The notes: generated by a model from the letters alone, not told the origin. 64,000 nucleotides of DNA from an uncultured delta proteobacterium (GCA_963755125.1 CAVWIP010000015.1:160001-224000), one strand, 5' to 3'; positions 1 through 8,879 are shown, counted from the first letter of the stretch. A program made the numbers and translations.

Positions 1-33
1 GGCTCAAATGGCCAGGGCTGCAAGGACTGGAAC

Positions 34-2124
34 ATGACCGACACGTCCTCGCCCATAATGACCGCGGGCCTGGACTACACCGCGCGCGGGTATCACGTGC
101 TGGTGCTTGCGGAGGGCTCGAAGATTCCGCCCAAGGGAAGCCGCGGACTGGACGACGCGACCGCGGAGCCGGAGAAACTCAAACAGTTCCTTGCCACCAA
201 CCCGCGGGGCAACCTCGCATTCAACTGTGCGGCGTCCGGCGTGGTCGCCATCGACATCGACGTAGACCATGGCGGCGGCATCGACGGCCGCGCGACTATG
301 GCGGCGCTCACGGCCGAATTGGGACCGCTGCCTCAGACAGTTGAGGCGGTAACTGCAAGGGGTGGCACGCACCTGATATTTGCGGCGCCTGCCGGTATTG
401 AGTTTCGGGGCAATCTCGGGCCAGGTGTTGACCTCCGGCACCGCGCCTATATTTGCGTGTGGCCGAGCGTCTGGTCAGAAACCGGCACCGGGTGGCGCTG
501 GGTTCTCTCGCCACTAGACCGGATGCCCGCGGAATTGCCCGCGGCGTGGCTCGCTCGCATGATGAAGCTCGCGGCGCCGGTGGCCACTGCCCCAGCGGCT
601 TTCAAGCCATGTACGACGGGCGGCACGCCTTGGGGGAACAAAGGCCGGGCCGATGAACTCGAAACGCTGCGAACCGCGCCAGTGACTACGCGCAACCGCA
701 TGGCCAACAAAGTGTCTTTCAACCTGGCGCAACTTCACGCCGGCGGCGAGCTCCCGGACGTTCGCGAGGAAATCTTCGCGGCGTGCGTAGCGAACGGACT
801 GGTCAGAGACGACGGCGAAAGAAAGACCCGTGCCTCCATCGAATCCGGCTGGTCTGCGGGATTGAAAGAGCCACGAAGCGCACCCAGGAAGGATCGGCCC
901 AGGTCCACCACCACCAAGACGGCGCCCGCGTCCACTGTGGCGCCAGGACAAACGAGCGCAGCGCCGACTGAGACGCCGGCAAAGTTGACGTTTAGGTCAA
1001 CGGACGCCATCCCAGAAGAACCGATCACATGGCTCTGGCAGCAGCAGCTAGCGCTGGCGGTGGCGACGCTATGGAGTGCTGACCCTGGAATCGGAAAGAC
1101 TTTGCTGGCACTCGACATTGTGGCTCACGTTTCCAGTGGGCGACGGTTGCCGGGAAATGCGTTTGTGCGAGAGCCCGCCCACGTTCTCTTGATCAACTAC
1201 GAAGATGACCTCGCCAAGTCGATTGTTCCGCGGCTGCGTGCCGCTGGGGCGGATCTGTCGAGGGTCCATGCGCTCGATTTTGCCACCTCTGAAATCACAC
1301 TGCCCGAATCTTGGGCGGACATCGCCGCAGAAATCGCGCACTGGAAAGCGGAGCTGGTGATCGTCGATCCGATCCAAGCGTTCTTCTCTCGTGACCTGTC
1401 GTCCAACAATGACAGCGACGTGCGCAAGGCGCTCCGCGACGGTGTCACCGTTGCCCGCGCGCACAACTGCGCAATGCTTTGGATTCGCCACTGCAACAAG
1501 CTACAGGGCGTTTCCGCACTGGCCAAGGGCGGCGGATCAATCGGCTTCACAGGAATCGTTCGTCACGAAGCCATGCTCGGCCAGGCCGAGGAGGATCCCG
1601 ACGGCCGAATCATCGCCTGTGTGAAGTCCAACCTTTCCCGCAAGCCACCGTCCCGGGCGTTTAAGATCGTAGAGGAAGGCGGCGTCCCACGCATCGAATG
1701 GGGCGACACGTGCGCGACCTCGGCGGACGATCTGGCCCGCGCGTCCGGGCGCCAGGACAAGGGCGCCGACGCGGCCGTGCTACTCCAAGAGGCGCTATCC
1801 GCTGGCCCGCGCCGGCAGAAGGAAATCGAAGCGCTAGCAAAGGAAAAACACCTCGGCTGGCGCACCGTCCAGGCGGCAAAGAAAGCCTTGGACGTGAAGA
1901 GTCAGAAACTCGACGGCGCCTGGTGGTGGACCCTCCCCCCTACCACCACTGCGGCCTTGCATCCTTGCGCCCTTAGCACACCGTGCGTTGTTCCCTTAAA
2001 TAATAATAACTACTTAGATGAGGAAGGATGCAACACCGCAACACCGCAAGGACGCAATGACGTAGAGGCCCCCCCTGCTTTGCGGCCTTCCCTGACGGAC
2101 GAAGACCCCGAGGTGATCTCGTGA
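34..2124 (+). CDS. Bifunctional DNA primase/polymerase (Prim-Pol) fused to RecA-like AAA helicase
   Basis: Prim-Pol motifs (VVAIDID, TARGGTHLIF, DLR..YICVWPS), Walker A ADPGIGKT, Walker B LVIVDP, H-C-N-K and KSN motifs of AAA_25-type helicases. Confidence 0.9.
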   Translation: MTDTSSPIMTAGLDYTARGYHVLVLAEGSKIPPKGSRGLDDATAEPEKLKQFLATNPRGNLAFNCAASGVVAIDIDVDHGGGIDGRATMAALTAELGPLPQTVEAVTARGGTHLIFAAPAGIEFRGNLGPGVDLRHRAYICVWPSVWSETGTGWRWVLSPLDRMPAELPAAWLARMMKLAAPVATAPAAFKPCTTGGTPWGNKGRADELETLRTAPVTTRNRMANKVSFNLAQLHAGGELPDVREEIFAACVANGLVRDDGERKTRASIESGWSAGLKEPRSAPRKDRPRSTTTKTAPASTVAPGQTSAAPTETPAKLTFRSTDAIPEEPITWLWQQQLALAVATLWSADPGIGKTLLALDIVAHVSSGRRLPGNAFVREPAHVLLINYEDDLAKSIVPRLRAAGADLSRVHALDFATSEITLPESWADIAAEIAHWKAELVIVDPIQAFFSRDLSSNNDSDVRKALRDGVTVARAHNCAMLWIRHCNKLQGVSALAKGGGSIGFTGIVRHEAMLGQAEEDPDGRIIACVKSNLSRKPPSRAFKIVEEGGVPRIEWGDTCATSADDLARASGRQDKGADAAVLLQEALSAGPRRQKEIEALAKEKHLGWRTVQAAKKALDVKSQKLDGAWWWTLPPTTTAALHPCALSTPCVVPLNNNNYLDEEGCNTATPQGRNDVEAPPALRPSLTDEDPEVIS
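1949..2057. repeat. Inverted 8-bp iteron arrays flanking an AT-rich core (putative origin of element 1)
   Basis: CTGCGGCC-TTGCATCC-TTGCGCCC (1949-1972), AT core 1996-2016, then GGATGCAA-CACCGCAA-CACCGCAA-GGACGCAA (2026-2057) in opposite orientation. Confidence 0.65.
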
Positions 2125-2681
2125 CCGCCGCGTCCATCATCACCCTTTGCGCGTCCCGTGGTCTGCGTCTCTCACCTGCTGGTGACGGTGTACGGGTGGA
2201 CGGTCCCAAGGCCGTGAGAGATGAACTGCGCGAGTCGATTCGCGAGCACAAGAAGGAACTGGCGAGCCTGCTGCGAGCTGGCCGTGTCGCCGAGGTGCGC
2301 GTGTTCTACAGCCAAGCCTTCACGCGCCTTGGTGCCCTGTACCCGGACAGCATGATCGGCGACCTGTGGCCCAGCATCGCCAGGGAGCACCCCGCCTTGG
2401 CGAGCGCCATCAACACGGCAGAACAGGCGGCGGACGCGGCCGGGCTCGCCTACCAGTCAGGCGACGCACCCGACGCCGCGCCGTTCCTGGCCGCGCTGGC
2501 GACATGGGAAGCGGTCTGGCGGGAGGCCATCGAGGCAGTCACGGGTGATACCTGCAGCGACTGCGGCCGGCGCGCCGTGGTGCTCGTTGGCGTGGACTAC
2601 GATCCCGCGCTGAGATACTGCCCGCGCTGTCTCCGGCCCGCGCCCATCGGCACCCCAGCGAAAGGCCGCGCCCATGCGTGA
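2121..2681 (+). CDS. Hypothetical protein: TubC-N-like N-terminus, helical domain, C-terminal CxxC...CxxC zinc ribbon
   Basis: GTG overlaps primase stop. RGLRLSPAGDGVRVDGP...IREHKKEL resembles the small domain that often follows primases. CSDC/CPRC pairs. Confidence 0.7.
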   Translation: MTAASIITLCASRGLRLSPAGDGVRVDGPKAVRDELRESIREHKKELASLLRAGRVAEVRVFYSQAFTRLGALYPDSMIGDLWPSIAREHPALASAINTAEQAADAAGLAYQSGDAPDAAPFLAALATWEAVWREAIEAVTGDTCSDCGRRAVVLVGVDYDPALRYCPRCLRPAPIGTPAKGRAHA

Positions 2682-3081
2682 GAATTGCCCCTTCCCGGCT
2701 ACGCAAGCCAACGCGCTACCCGCCGCTGTGCCGACGGTGAGCCCACCTTCCCCGCGCGGTGTGGCTGGCCATAGTGTGGCCAAGTATCCCCATCGGCGCG
2801 TTTTTGTGGACGCATCATGGCGAAGCGCCCGAGCTTGGATTGAGCGCGCCTACCCCTCCGGTCTGGACGCCGCACGGCCCGAGCTGGTGACCGCTTACCC
2901 CGAGCTGGCGGCGAACGTCGACCGCTTGGAGCTGGCGGCACACCAGGCGGCCAACGTGTTTGAGAACACGCCGGAAGCCACGGGCGACGCGTTCCAGGTG
3001 GCGCTGAGAACGTGGGAAGCGGCCGTGTTGGATGCGTGCGCGGCGCTCGCTAGCGTGCCCCCGGGAAGGGCGACGCCATGA
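2674..3081 (+). CDS. Hypothetical protein, paralogous to the central domain of the upstream ORF
   Basis: Overlapping start/stop; shared YP...[HY]P.LA...E.AA..A...F..AL.TWEA pattern. Confidence 0.65.
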   Translation: MRENCPFPATQANALPAAVPTVSPPSPRGVAGHSVAKYPHRRVFVDASWRSARAWIERAYPSGLDAARPELVTAYPELAANVDRLELAAHQAANVFENTPEATGDAFQVALRTWEAAVLDACAALASVPPGRATP

Positions 3082-3290
3082 CCAGCACCGCGACCGCGAA
3101 CCGCGAGCCGTGCGCCACCTGCGGCACGACCGCATGGGTTGAAGCTGTGTTCTCGAATGGCGCGCTCTACTGCGCCGATTGCGCGGCCGAGATTCGCCGG
3201 GTTCAAGAGTCGCCGGCCATGCCGCCCACCAAGAGTCAGGCGGCGCAGTTATCGCTGTGGATGCAGCCGCACCGAGGCGCGCGCCCATGA
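3078..3290 (+). CDS. Small zinc-finger-like protein
   Basis: ATGA overlap; CATC...YCADC. Confidence 0.55.
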   Translation: MTSTATANREPCATCGTTAWVEAVFSNGALYCADCAAEIRRVQESPAMPPTKSQAAQLSLWMQPHRGARP

Positions 3291-3499
3291 CTTCAAGATT
3301 TCCGCTCCGACCTGTCGACGGTGTTTCTTCGTCCGCTGGCGGCTTCTGGCCGCAATCGCGGGTTTCCGTGTGCCCCGCGTGCTCGGCCGGTCGGAGCGGA
3401 TCTATTTCCCTGCCCTCGGGCGTGTCGGCGGTACTCCTGCCGCTCGTCCGCCGCAGCCCCTTTCCTGCGGTTTGGCACGCCCCGAGGGCGGGAACCTAA
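3287..3499 (+). CDS. Small hypothetical protein
   Basis: ATGA overlap with upstream ORF; CPAC motif; fills the gap in the operon. Confidence 0.35.
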   Translation: MTSRFPLRPVDGVSSSAGGFWPQSRVSVCPACSAGRSGSISLPSGVSAVLLPLVRRSPFPAVWHAPRAGT

Positions 3500-3509
3500 T
3501 TCGAGGTGA

Positions 3510-4013
3510 ATGATGTCCGCTAAGCGTCGCCCACCAAAGCCGCCCGCCGACGGGACCGACACGAAGCCAAGCCTGCGCATCGTGGACACCAAGGGACACG
3601 CAGACGACGGCGAGCCACCTGACGGCCTGGACGCGCGAGAGGCCCTTTTTGTCGAAGGCGTGGCGGCTGGCAAGACTCTCGACGAGGTATGCGGACCGCT
3701 CGGCATCTGCGCGCGCACAGGTCGCAGGTGGCGAAGCCGACCCCAGGTTGACGAGGCGATCCGCGCGCGTCTGTCGGAGAACGTATCAGTAGGCCGCGCG
3801 ATTTTGTCGAGCGGTTTCGCGCGCGCCAGCCGGGCGCTTGTGGACATGAGCGACGGCACAGAAGCGGCGGAATCCGCGCGCGTGAGCGCGGCCCGCGCCG
3901 TCGTCGAGAACGTCACGCGGCTGACCGACCTTGCCGAAATCGAGCGGCAGATCGCAGAGCTGAAAGCCGCGCTCGCTGAGCCGTCGACCTTCACCACCAG
4001 AAAGGGATTCTAA
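3510..4013 (+). CDS. HTH protein, terminase-small-subunit-like
   Basis: SD GAGG. LDAREALFVEGVAAGKTLDEVC..LGI..RTGRRW HTH followed by helical/coiled-coil region. Confidence 0.6.
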   Translation: MMSAKRRPPKPPADGTDTKPSLRIVDTKGHADDGEPPDGLDAREALFVEGVAAGKTLDEVCGPLGICARTGRRWRSRPQVDEAIRARLSENVSVGRAILSSGFARASRALVDMSDGTEAAESARVSAARAVVENVTRLTDLAEIERQIAELKAALAEPSTFTTRKGF

Positions 4014-4015
4014 CC

Positions 4016-4261
4016 ATGCGTTCACTCGAAGGACTGAAAACGAAACTCGCCGAGCTACTGGCCACCCATCGCGCCCGCGCGGCCGGGCCATCGTCGGAAC
4101 CGTTGCGCACCAGTGAGGAGTGGCGCCGCGAGGTGGATCGGTTGCTCGCTGAGGCGGAAGCGCCCGGCGGCGACTCGGAAGCGCTGTCACCGGAGGCACG
4201 GAAGCTGATCGACGAAGTGGCGGAGCTCCAACGGCGCGACCTGGAAAGGGACCGAACATGA
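4016..4261 (+). CDS. Small hypothetical protein (N-terminus MRSLEGLKTKL)
   Basis: SD plus ATG; tightly packed in the operon. Confidence 0.7.
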   Translation: MRSLEGLKTKLAELLATHRARAAGPSSEPLRTSEEWRREVDRLLAEAEAPGGDSEALSPEARKLIDEVAELQRRDLERDRT

Positions 4262-4518
4262 GATCACTTGAGGGATTGAAGACCAAGATCGGCGCCCTAC
4301 TCGCGGCCCGTCGTGAGCTGGCCGCCCGGCCGCACGTGACAGCCTTCCTGCCGCGGAACGGACGCGAGCCAGCCGACGCGCCCGCCGGGCAGTTCACCAC
4401 GCGGCCGGCGCTGACCTGTTCGATCGTGCACTACGACCCCGCCAACCCACCGCCCGAGCTGGCAGCCGCGCCCGCAATTGTTCCCGAAACCGAAGATGAC
4501 CCCTTCCGCCACTACTAA
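4258..4518 (+). CDS. Small hypothetical protein (N-terminus MRSLEGLKTKI)
   Basis: ATGA overlap; first 10 aa identical to previous ORF. Confidence 0.7.
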   Translation: MRSLEGLKTKIGALLAARRELAARPHVTAFLPRNGREPADAPAGQFTTRPALTCSIVHYDPANPPPELAAAPAIVPETEDDPFRHY

Positions 4519-4540
4519 CCCACAGCAAAGGAAACCAGCA

Positions 4541-5047
4541 ATGACCAGACACTTCGTAACCGACGTTCCGACCGGCACCACGACCGAGGACCCCGCCGAC
4601 AAGAGTCACCTTGGCTTTGCCGAGCACGAGGCCAGCGCCAGAGCACTTGAAGCCGCTGGGCAAAACCCGGCTGCAATTCAGTCTTGGCACCGGGCCATCG
4701 TCTCTCACGCGCGGGCGGGCAATCTTGCCGGCGTCATCGGGGCCGTCAAACATTGTGAGCGACTGGCCGGCAACCAGGATTTTGCGCCGGACCTTGAGAG
4801 AAAGAGCACCGCGGCCGACGCCGCACTAGAGCGGGCCGAGCAACGCGGATTCGATGCCGCTTACCAGGCGACTCGCGCAGCCAGCACGGCCGCAGCGACC
4901 GACTGGCGAAGCCAGCCGCGCGAGAGAGTCGGCGAAGGTGGCGACGGCCCCATTGAACCGGCGATTGAACGAGTAGGCGACCGCCAAGCGCAGGACGCGA
5001 GCAAGCCAGACGCCAACACCACCAGCGGCACGCCGGAAAGGCTGTAA
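4541..5047 (+). CDS. Hypothetical protein
   Basis: SD AAGGA upstream of ATG 4541. Confidence 0.6.
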   Translation: MTRHFVTDVPTGTTTEDPADKSHLGFAEHEASARALEAAGQNPAAIQSWHRAIVSHARAGNLAGVIGAVKHCERLAGNQDFAPDLERKSTAADAALERAEQRGFDAAYQATRAASTAAATDWRSQPRERVGEGGDGPIEPAIERVGDRQAQDASKPDANTTSGTPERL

Positions 5048-5052
5048 CGACC

Positions 5053-5931
5053 ATGTTCAAGAAAGACAAGCCGACCCCGCCGACCGCGATGCAGATTCAC
5101 CTGGAAGTCGAGAAGCACGTGCTCATGCAAAGCACGTGGCGCCAGGTCACTGACGAGGAGCTGCCCGCGGCGCTTGCGGCGCTGACCGAAATCATCGGCA
5201 AGAAAACCGCCGCGCAGCCATCAATGCAGCGCCGACTCGGCATCATGCGGGATGGTTCGGCCTACGTGCTGGCGCTCGAAATTCCCGCCGACGCGATCAT
5301 CGGGCAGCCCTGGCACCCGTCACCAAACGGCCCGCCACAGTTCACCGTTTGCGGGTTCACGATTGCGAAGGGACTGGAGTTGCTGCAAGGCCCGCTCAAC
5401 CCGGAGGCCGAGTTGACCGACCGACGGCGACGATACGACGAGTATCAAAAGGCCGAAACCGCCAAGCGCGCGGCGGAAGCCAGGGCGATCGCCGACGTGC
5501 AAGCCCAGCGACTCAATGAAGAAGTCGAGCGCCAGAAATGCCATGCTGGCGAATGGGCGCTCCTCAACTCGTTGGAACGATTCGCCGCACGCTTGGCGCT
5601 GGCCGTGGAGTCTCGCGATGCAGGGTTGGCGGCCGACCTCCGAAAGCTGGTGGCCGATAGGCTGGCCGGCGCTGACGACGACGCCGAGGCGTGGCCAAGA
5701 AATCCGGCGTGGTGCACGGGGCTTGCACTCGAAGGGTTGCCGCCAGAACGGCGCCAGGCTTTGGCGATGCAAAGCCAGGGCGAGCGCGAGATCATGGAAC
5801 TCGAAACGGTCCCACGCGACAAGCTGCCCAGCCTGCGGTTGATGGCGGGCGACAGCAGGACAGCGGTTCTTGCCTACTGGAAACAGATTAGCCGCGCTGT
5901 CCGCCGCGGGGCGAGCGGCAAGGCGGCCTAG
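5053..5931 (+). CDS. Hypothetical protein with central coiled coil
   Basis: 292-aa ORF in operon; no family recognised. Confidence 0.7.
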   Translation: MFKKDKPTPPTAMQIHLEVEKHVLMQSTWRQVTDEELPAALAALTEIIGKKTAAQPSMQRRLGIMRDGSAYVLALEIPADAIIGQPWHPSPNGPPQFTVCGFTIAKGLELLQGPLNPEAELTDRRRRYDEYQKAETAKRAAEARAIADVQAQRLNEEVERQKCHAGEWALLNSLERFAARLALAVESRDAGLAADLRKLVADRLAGADDDAEAWPRNPAWCTGLALEGLPPERRQALAMQSQGEREIMELETVPRDKLPSLRLMAGDSRTAVLAYWKQISRAVRRGASGKAA

Positions 5932-6040
5932 TCATGGTTCTCACGCTTCACCTGTACGACGCGCGCACGGCCCGCACGGTGCCAAGGGCGCTCTCGGTAG
6001 CCAAACTTGACGCGCCCGCGAGCCGCGAGAGGATGCAGCG

Positions 6041-6502
6041 ATGCCTATGGCTGCGCAGGGACAGGAACCACAGCCCGATCCTCTCGTCTGGTTCAAGCAG
6101 GCGCTGGACAAGTACCGTGAGTGCCAAGCTGCCTTTGAGGAGTGCGAGGACCTTACGTATTACGGTAGCGATACCTGGAAGAGGCGAGACAACATGCGCA
6201 GGATCGCTTCAGAAGGGCTCTGGGTGAGTGGCGTGGCTGGGTTCTTCAGTCTGTTGGAAACCAACTACAAGGCACAGGAACTCCTTGTGGCCGAACAACT
6301 GAAGCTTGCCAAGGAGAATTCGGCCGCAGCTAAGGTGACCGCCAAGTGGACGATGGTTATGGCCATCGTTGCCGCCGTGACCATTGCATACACTGCTCTT
6401 GTTGGGCGCCCCGTCTTGAATCTGGTGGCGCCTGTGCCACAAGCGCCAGTGGTCATCCCAGCAGATTCACAGTCTCCCCAATCACCCACACGTGATCCGT
6501 AA
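6041..6502 (+). CDS. Single-pass membrane protein (moron-like cargo)
   Basis: TM segment WTMVMAIVAAVTIAYTALV; visibly lower GC; own TTGACG promoter candidate at about 6007. Confidence 0.65.
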   Translation: MPMAAQGQEPQPDPLVWFKQALDKYRECQAAFEECEDLTYYGSDTWKRRDNMRRIASEGLWVSGVAGFFSLLETNYKAQELLVAEQLKLAKENSAAAKVTAKWTMVMAIVAAVTIAYTALVGRPVLNLVAPVPQAPVVIPADSQSPQSPTRDP

Positions 6503-6867
6503 CCCCCGCCGGCATGGCCGGGGTCACGCGCGACGGCTCGCCACCCAGGACAAACACCAGCACGCAGGGGACGCCGATGGATAGCAAACCGCCAATTGGC
6601 GACTTGACGCGCCCTCCGTCGGGAAACGACCGCACCAGCTCGCGCTGGCTGCGACTTTGGAGCCTTGAACGATGTCCAGTACCAGGGAGAACGGCCCGTT
6701 TCACAGTGTAAGCGGCGCTACAGTCCTGCCCGCGCGCGGCCTATCCACCCGATGCGCTACCGCCAGTTTCCCGACGGAGAACAGACACGGCCAGCGGGGC
6801 AGCGTGGCCAAAGTCGGGCCATTTGTACCGGGAACGGCCCAAGATACGGGAGCCGGTCGTTTTCTTC

Positions 6868-6896
6868 TTGACTAAGTAACCACCGAAGGGTATCAT
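6868..6896 (+). promoter_or_regulatory. Sigma70-type promoter for a leaderless RHH transcript
   Basis: TTGACT-17 bp-TATCAT; ATG 6904 lies at the expected +1. Confidence 0.7.
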
Positions 6897-6903
6897 AAAA
6901 ACT

Positions 6904-7158
6904 ATGAACATGGAAAAGTCGACCACCGCAAAGGACCGCGCGAGAATCCCCGAAGTGGGACGCCCCAAGATTCGCCCGGCAGATGAAGACACGACCTTGA
7001 GCTTCAAGGCATCGGCCGCGCTTATCAAATCGCTAGACGAGGAAGCCGAGCGGATGAGCGCTGAGAAGCCCGCCGGGAGTGCCCGCGTCTCGCGCAGCGA
7101 AGCGATCAAGATCATCTTGAACAAGTGGATCGCTGACCGCTCGAAGCCGCGCCAGTAG
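6904..7158 (+). CDS. Ribbon-helix-helix (CopG/Arc-like) regulator
   Basis: GRP hook, strand TTLSFK, helix, then SRSEAIKIIL. Confidence 0.75.
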   Translation: MNMEKSTTAKDRARIPEVGRPKIRPADEDTTLSFKASAALIKSLDEEAERMSAEKPAGSARVSRSEAIKIILNKWIADRSKPRQ

Positions 7159-7260
7159 TCCGCGCCGCTCGCCTACTACCCCCACAACGAAAGTGTGCCC
7201 GCGCTGGCGACGATTCCAGCCGGGCACGTGGTCACGCACCACGGAAGAGGAGCACGCGAC

Positions 7261-7473
7261 ATGCCGACCCTAACAGAGAACGCAGACCGCGCACAAGCCG
7301 CGCTGGAGCTGTACCAGCGCGCCCACATCGCGATGGCAACGGGCGCCGAGACGCTTGTCGCCATGGTGGCGGATGGCACCCTCACGCCAGCCGAGGGAAT
7401 GCACAAGCTGACCGTGTTCGTGGACCGCTACCACGCGGCCCTGGCGGCGCTCGACGGGAGGATGGGAACATGA
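7261..7473 (+). CDS. Small hypothetical protein
   Basis: SD GAGGAG; preceded by hairpin GTGCCCGCGCTGG...CCAGCCGGGCAC. Confidence 0.6.
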   Translation: MPTLTENADRAQAALELYQRAHIAMATGAETLVAMVADGTLTPAEGMHKLTVFVDRYHAALAALDGRMGT

Positions 7474-7682
7474 CTTCGATCCGCATCGCCAGCGCCCGCG
7501 GTGACATCGGCATCGCGGCCTATGAGCGCGAACTAGCCGAGCACAGCGAAAGCCAGCGGGCGATGGTGGTGGCGAACATCGCGACGCTGAAACAGGGACG
7601 GCCGGAAAAGGGATCAATTGATCCAATTATTCCCACAACCGAGGAGGCGGCGGAGAAGTTGAACGACGAGGTGAACGCATGA
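7470..7682 (+). CDS. Small protein resembling a fragment of phage ParB-like proteins
   Basis: SESQRAMVVANIATLKQGRP...EEAAEKLN resembles the region after ParB-N domains; the domain itself is missing. Confidence 0.45.
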   Translation: MTSIRIASARGDIGIAAYERELAEHSESQRAMVVANIATLKQGRPEKGSIDPIIPTTEEAAEKLNDEVNA

Positions 7683-8305
7683 AAGCATCCGCGCCAACAC
7701 ACCGCCGCGCCGTCGCGTGCGAGTCGTTCAAGACCGCCGCCGAGGCCATCGGCCCGATCATGCCCGGCCTTTCCTTGTTCGCCCTCACGCGCGGGCAATG
7801 GAGCATGATCGACGCCATCCTGCACACCCTCGATTGCGTCGGCCCGTCGACGGTAAGCGTCTGGACCTGGACCGTTGCCGAGTACGAGATCGAAGTGTTG
7901 ACCCGTCTACGCCGAGACGAACGCATCACCGCCGGTCGGCTGGTCATCGACTACGGCGCCAGAAACAAGAACGCCGGGATCATTCGAGAATGGAAAAGCA
8001 CCTTCGGTCCCGAGTCGGTTCGGTACGTGGTCAACCACGCCAAGATCGCCCTTGTGGAAAGCGCCAGCGGCTATCGGTGCCTACTGCGCGGTTCGATGAA
8101 CCTCAATTTTAACCCGCGTTTCGAGCAATTCGACCTGACCGAAGGTGGCCCGGACTTCGACCTGGTGAAGTCGATTGAAGACGACCTTCCGATCCTGCTC
8201 GACGCGGTGACGGGAGAACAAGCCTACCGGGCATCGAAGGTCCACAGCGCCTTCTCACAAGAGACCCTCAACCTGTTTGGGAAGGTGAAGACATGGGCAA
8301 AATAA
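7679..8305 (+). CDS. Phospholipase D (Nuc)-like domain protein
   Basis: Single HAKIALVE...GSMN motif (HxK-x4-E variant of HKD) and NPRFEQ. Confidence 0.7.
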   Translation: MKASAPTHRRAVACESFKTAAEAIGPIMPGLSLFALTRGQWSMIDAILHTLDCVGPSTVSVWTWTVAEYEIEVLTRLRRDERITAGRLVIDYGARNKNAGIIREWKSTFGPESVRYVVNHAKIALVESASGYRCLLRGSMNLNFNPRFEQFDLTEGGPDFDLVKSIEDDLPILLDAVTGEQAYRASKVHSAFSQETLNLFGKVKTWAK

Positions 8306-8574
8306 GTCACGCTGAAATCGTCGCATCGCTGATCGCGGAGAATCCGAAGGCGAAGCTAGGCGACCTCAACCTGTACGCGGAAGCCTTCCAGCAGTGGCAG
8401 GAGGCAACGGCGAACATCCGCGAGAACGGCGCCGTCTGTGCTCACCCACGAACGGGGCAGCCGATGCCTAACCCTTACCTTGCTGTGCAGACCGCGGCGC
8501 TCAAGAACCTACAGCGCTTTGCCAGGCTCAAAACCGACTCGCTTTGGCGCGTGGAAGGGGACGCGCAGCCATGA
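8293..8574 (+). CDS. P27-family terminase small subunit (short)
   Basis: LYAEAFQQWQEA...IRENG...TGQPMPNPYL pattern. Confidence 0.7.
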   Translation: MGKISHAEIVASLIAENPKAKLGDLNLYAEAFQQWQEATANIRENGAVCAHPRTGQPMPNPYLAVQTAALKNLQRFARLKTDSLWRVEGDAQP

Positions 8575-8879
8575 GCATCGACGCCGCTATCACCGAGGCC
8601 GTGGCCGTGGCCCTGGCGCCCGTGCTAGCGGAACTGCGCGCGGTCCGCGCCGAGTTGGCCGAGATTCGCGCCGTCCTGCCGCCGCGGTTCGTGTCGCTGA
8701 AAGAGGCGGCCGAGCTGATGGGCGTAGACCCCCGCACCATCGTCAGCATGGGCGAGCGCGGGGAATGCCGCACACGTCGAGCGGGCCGGCGCGTGCTTGT
8801 CGATGCCGCCAGCTTGCGCCCGCCGTCGCGTGAACAAGTCGCAGAGCTGGCAAGGACCGCCAGAAGGCCGCGCGCATGA
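8571..8879 (+). CDS. Excisionase-like HTH protein
   Basis: FVSLKEAAELMGVDPRTI...GRRVLV (HTH_17/MerR-like). Confidence 0.8.
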   Translation: MSIDAAITEAVAVALAPVLAELRAVRAELAEIRAVLPPRFVSLKEAAELMGVDPRTIVSMGERGECRTRRAGRRVLVDAASLRPPSREQVAELARTARRPRA

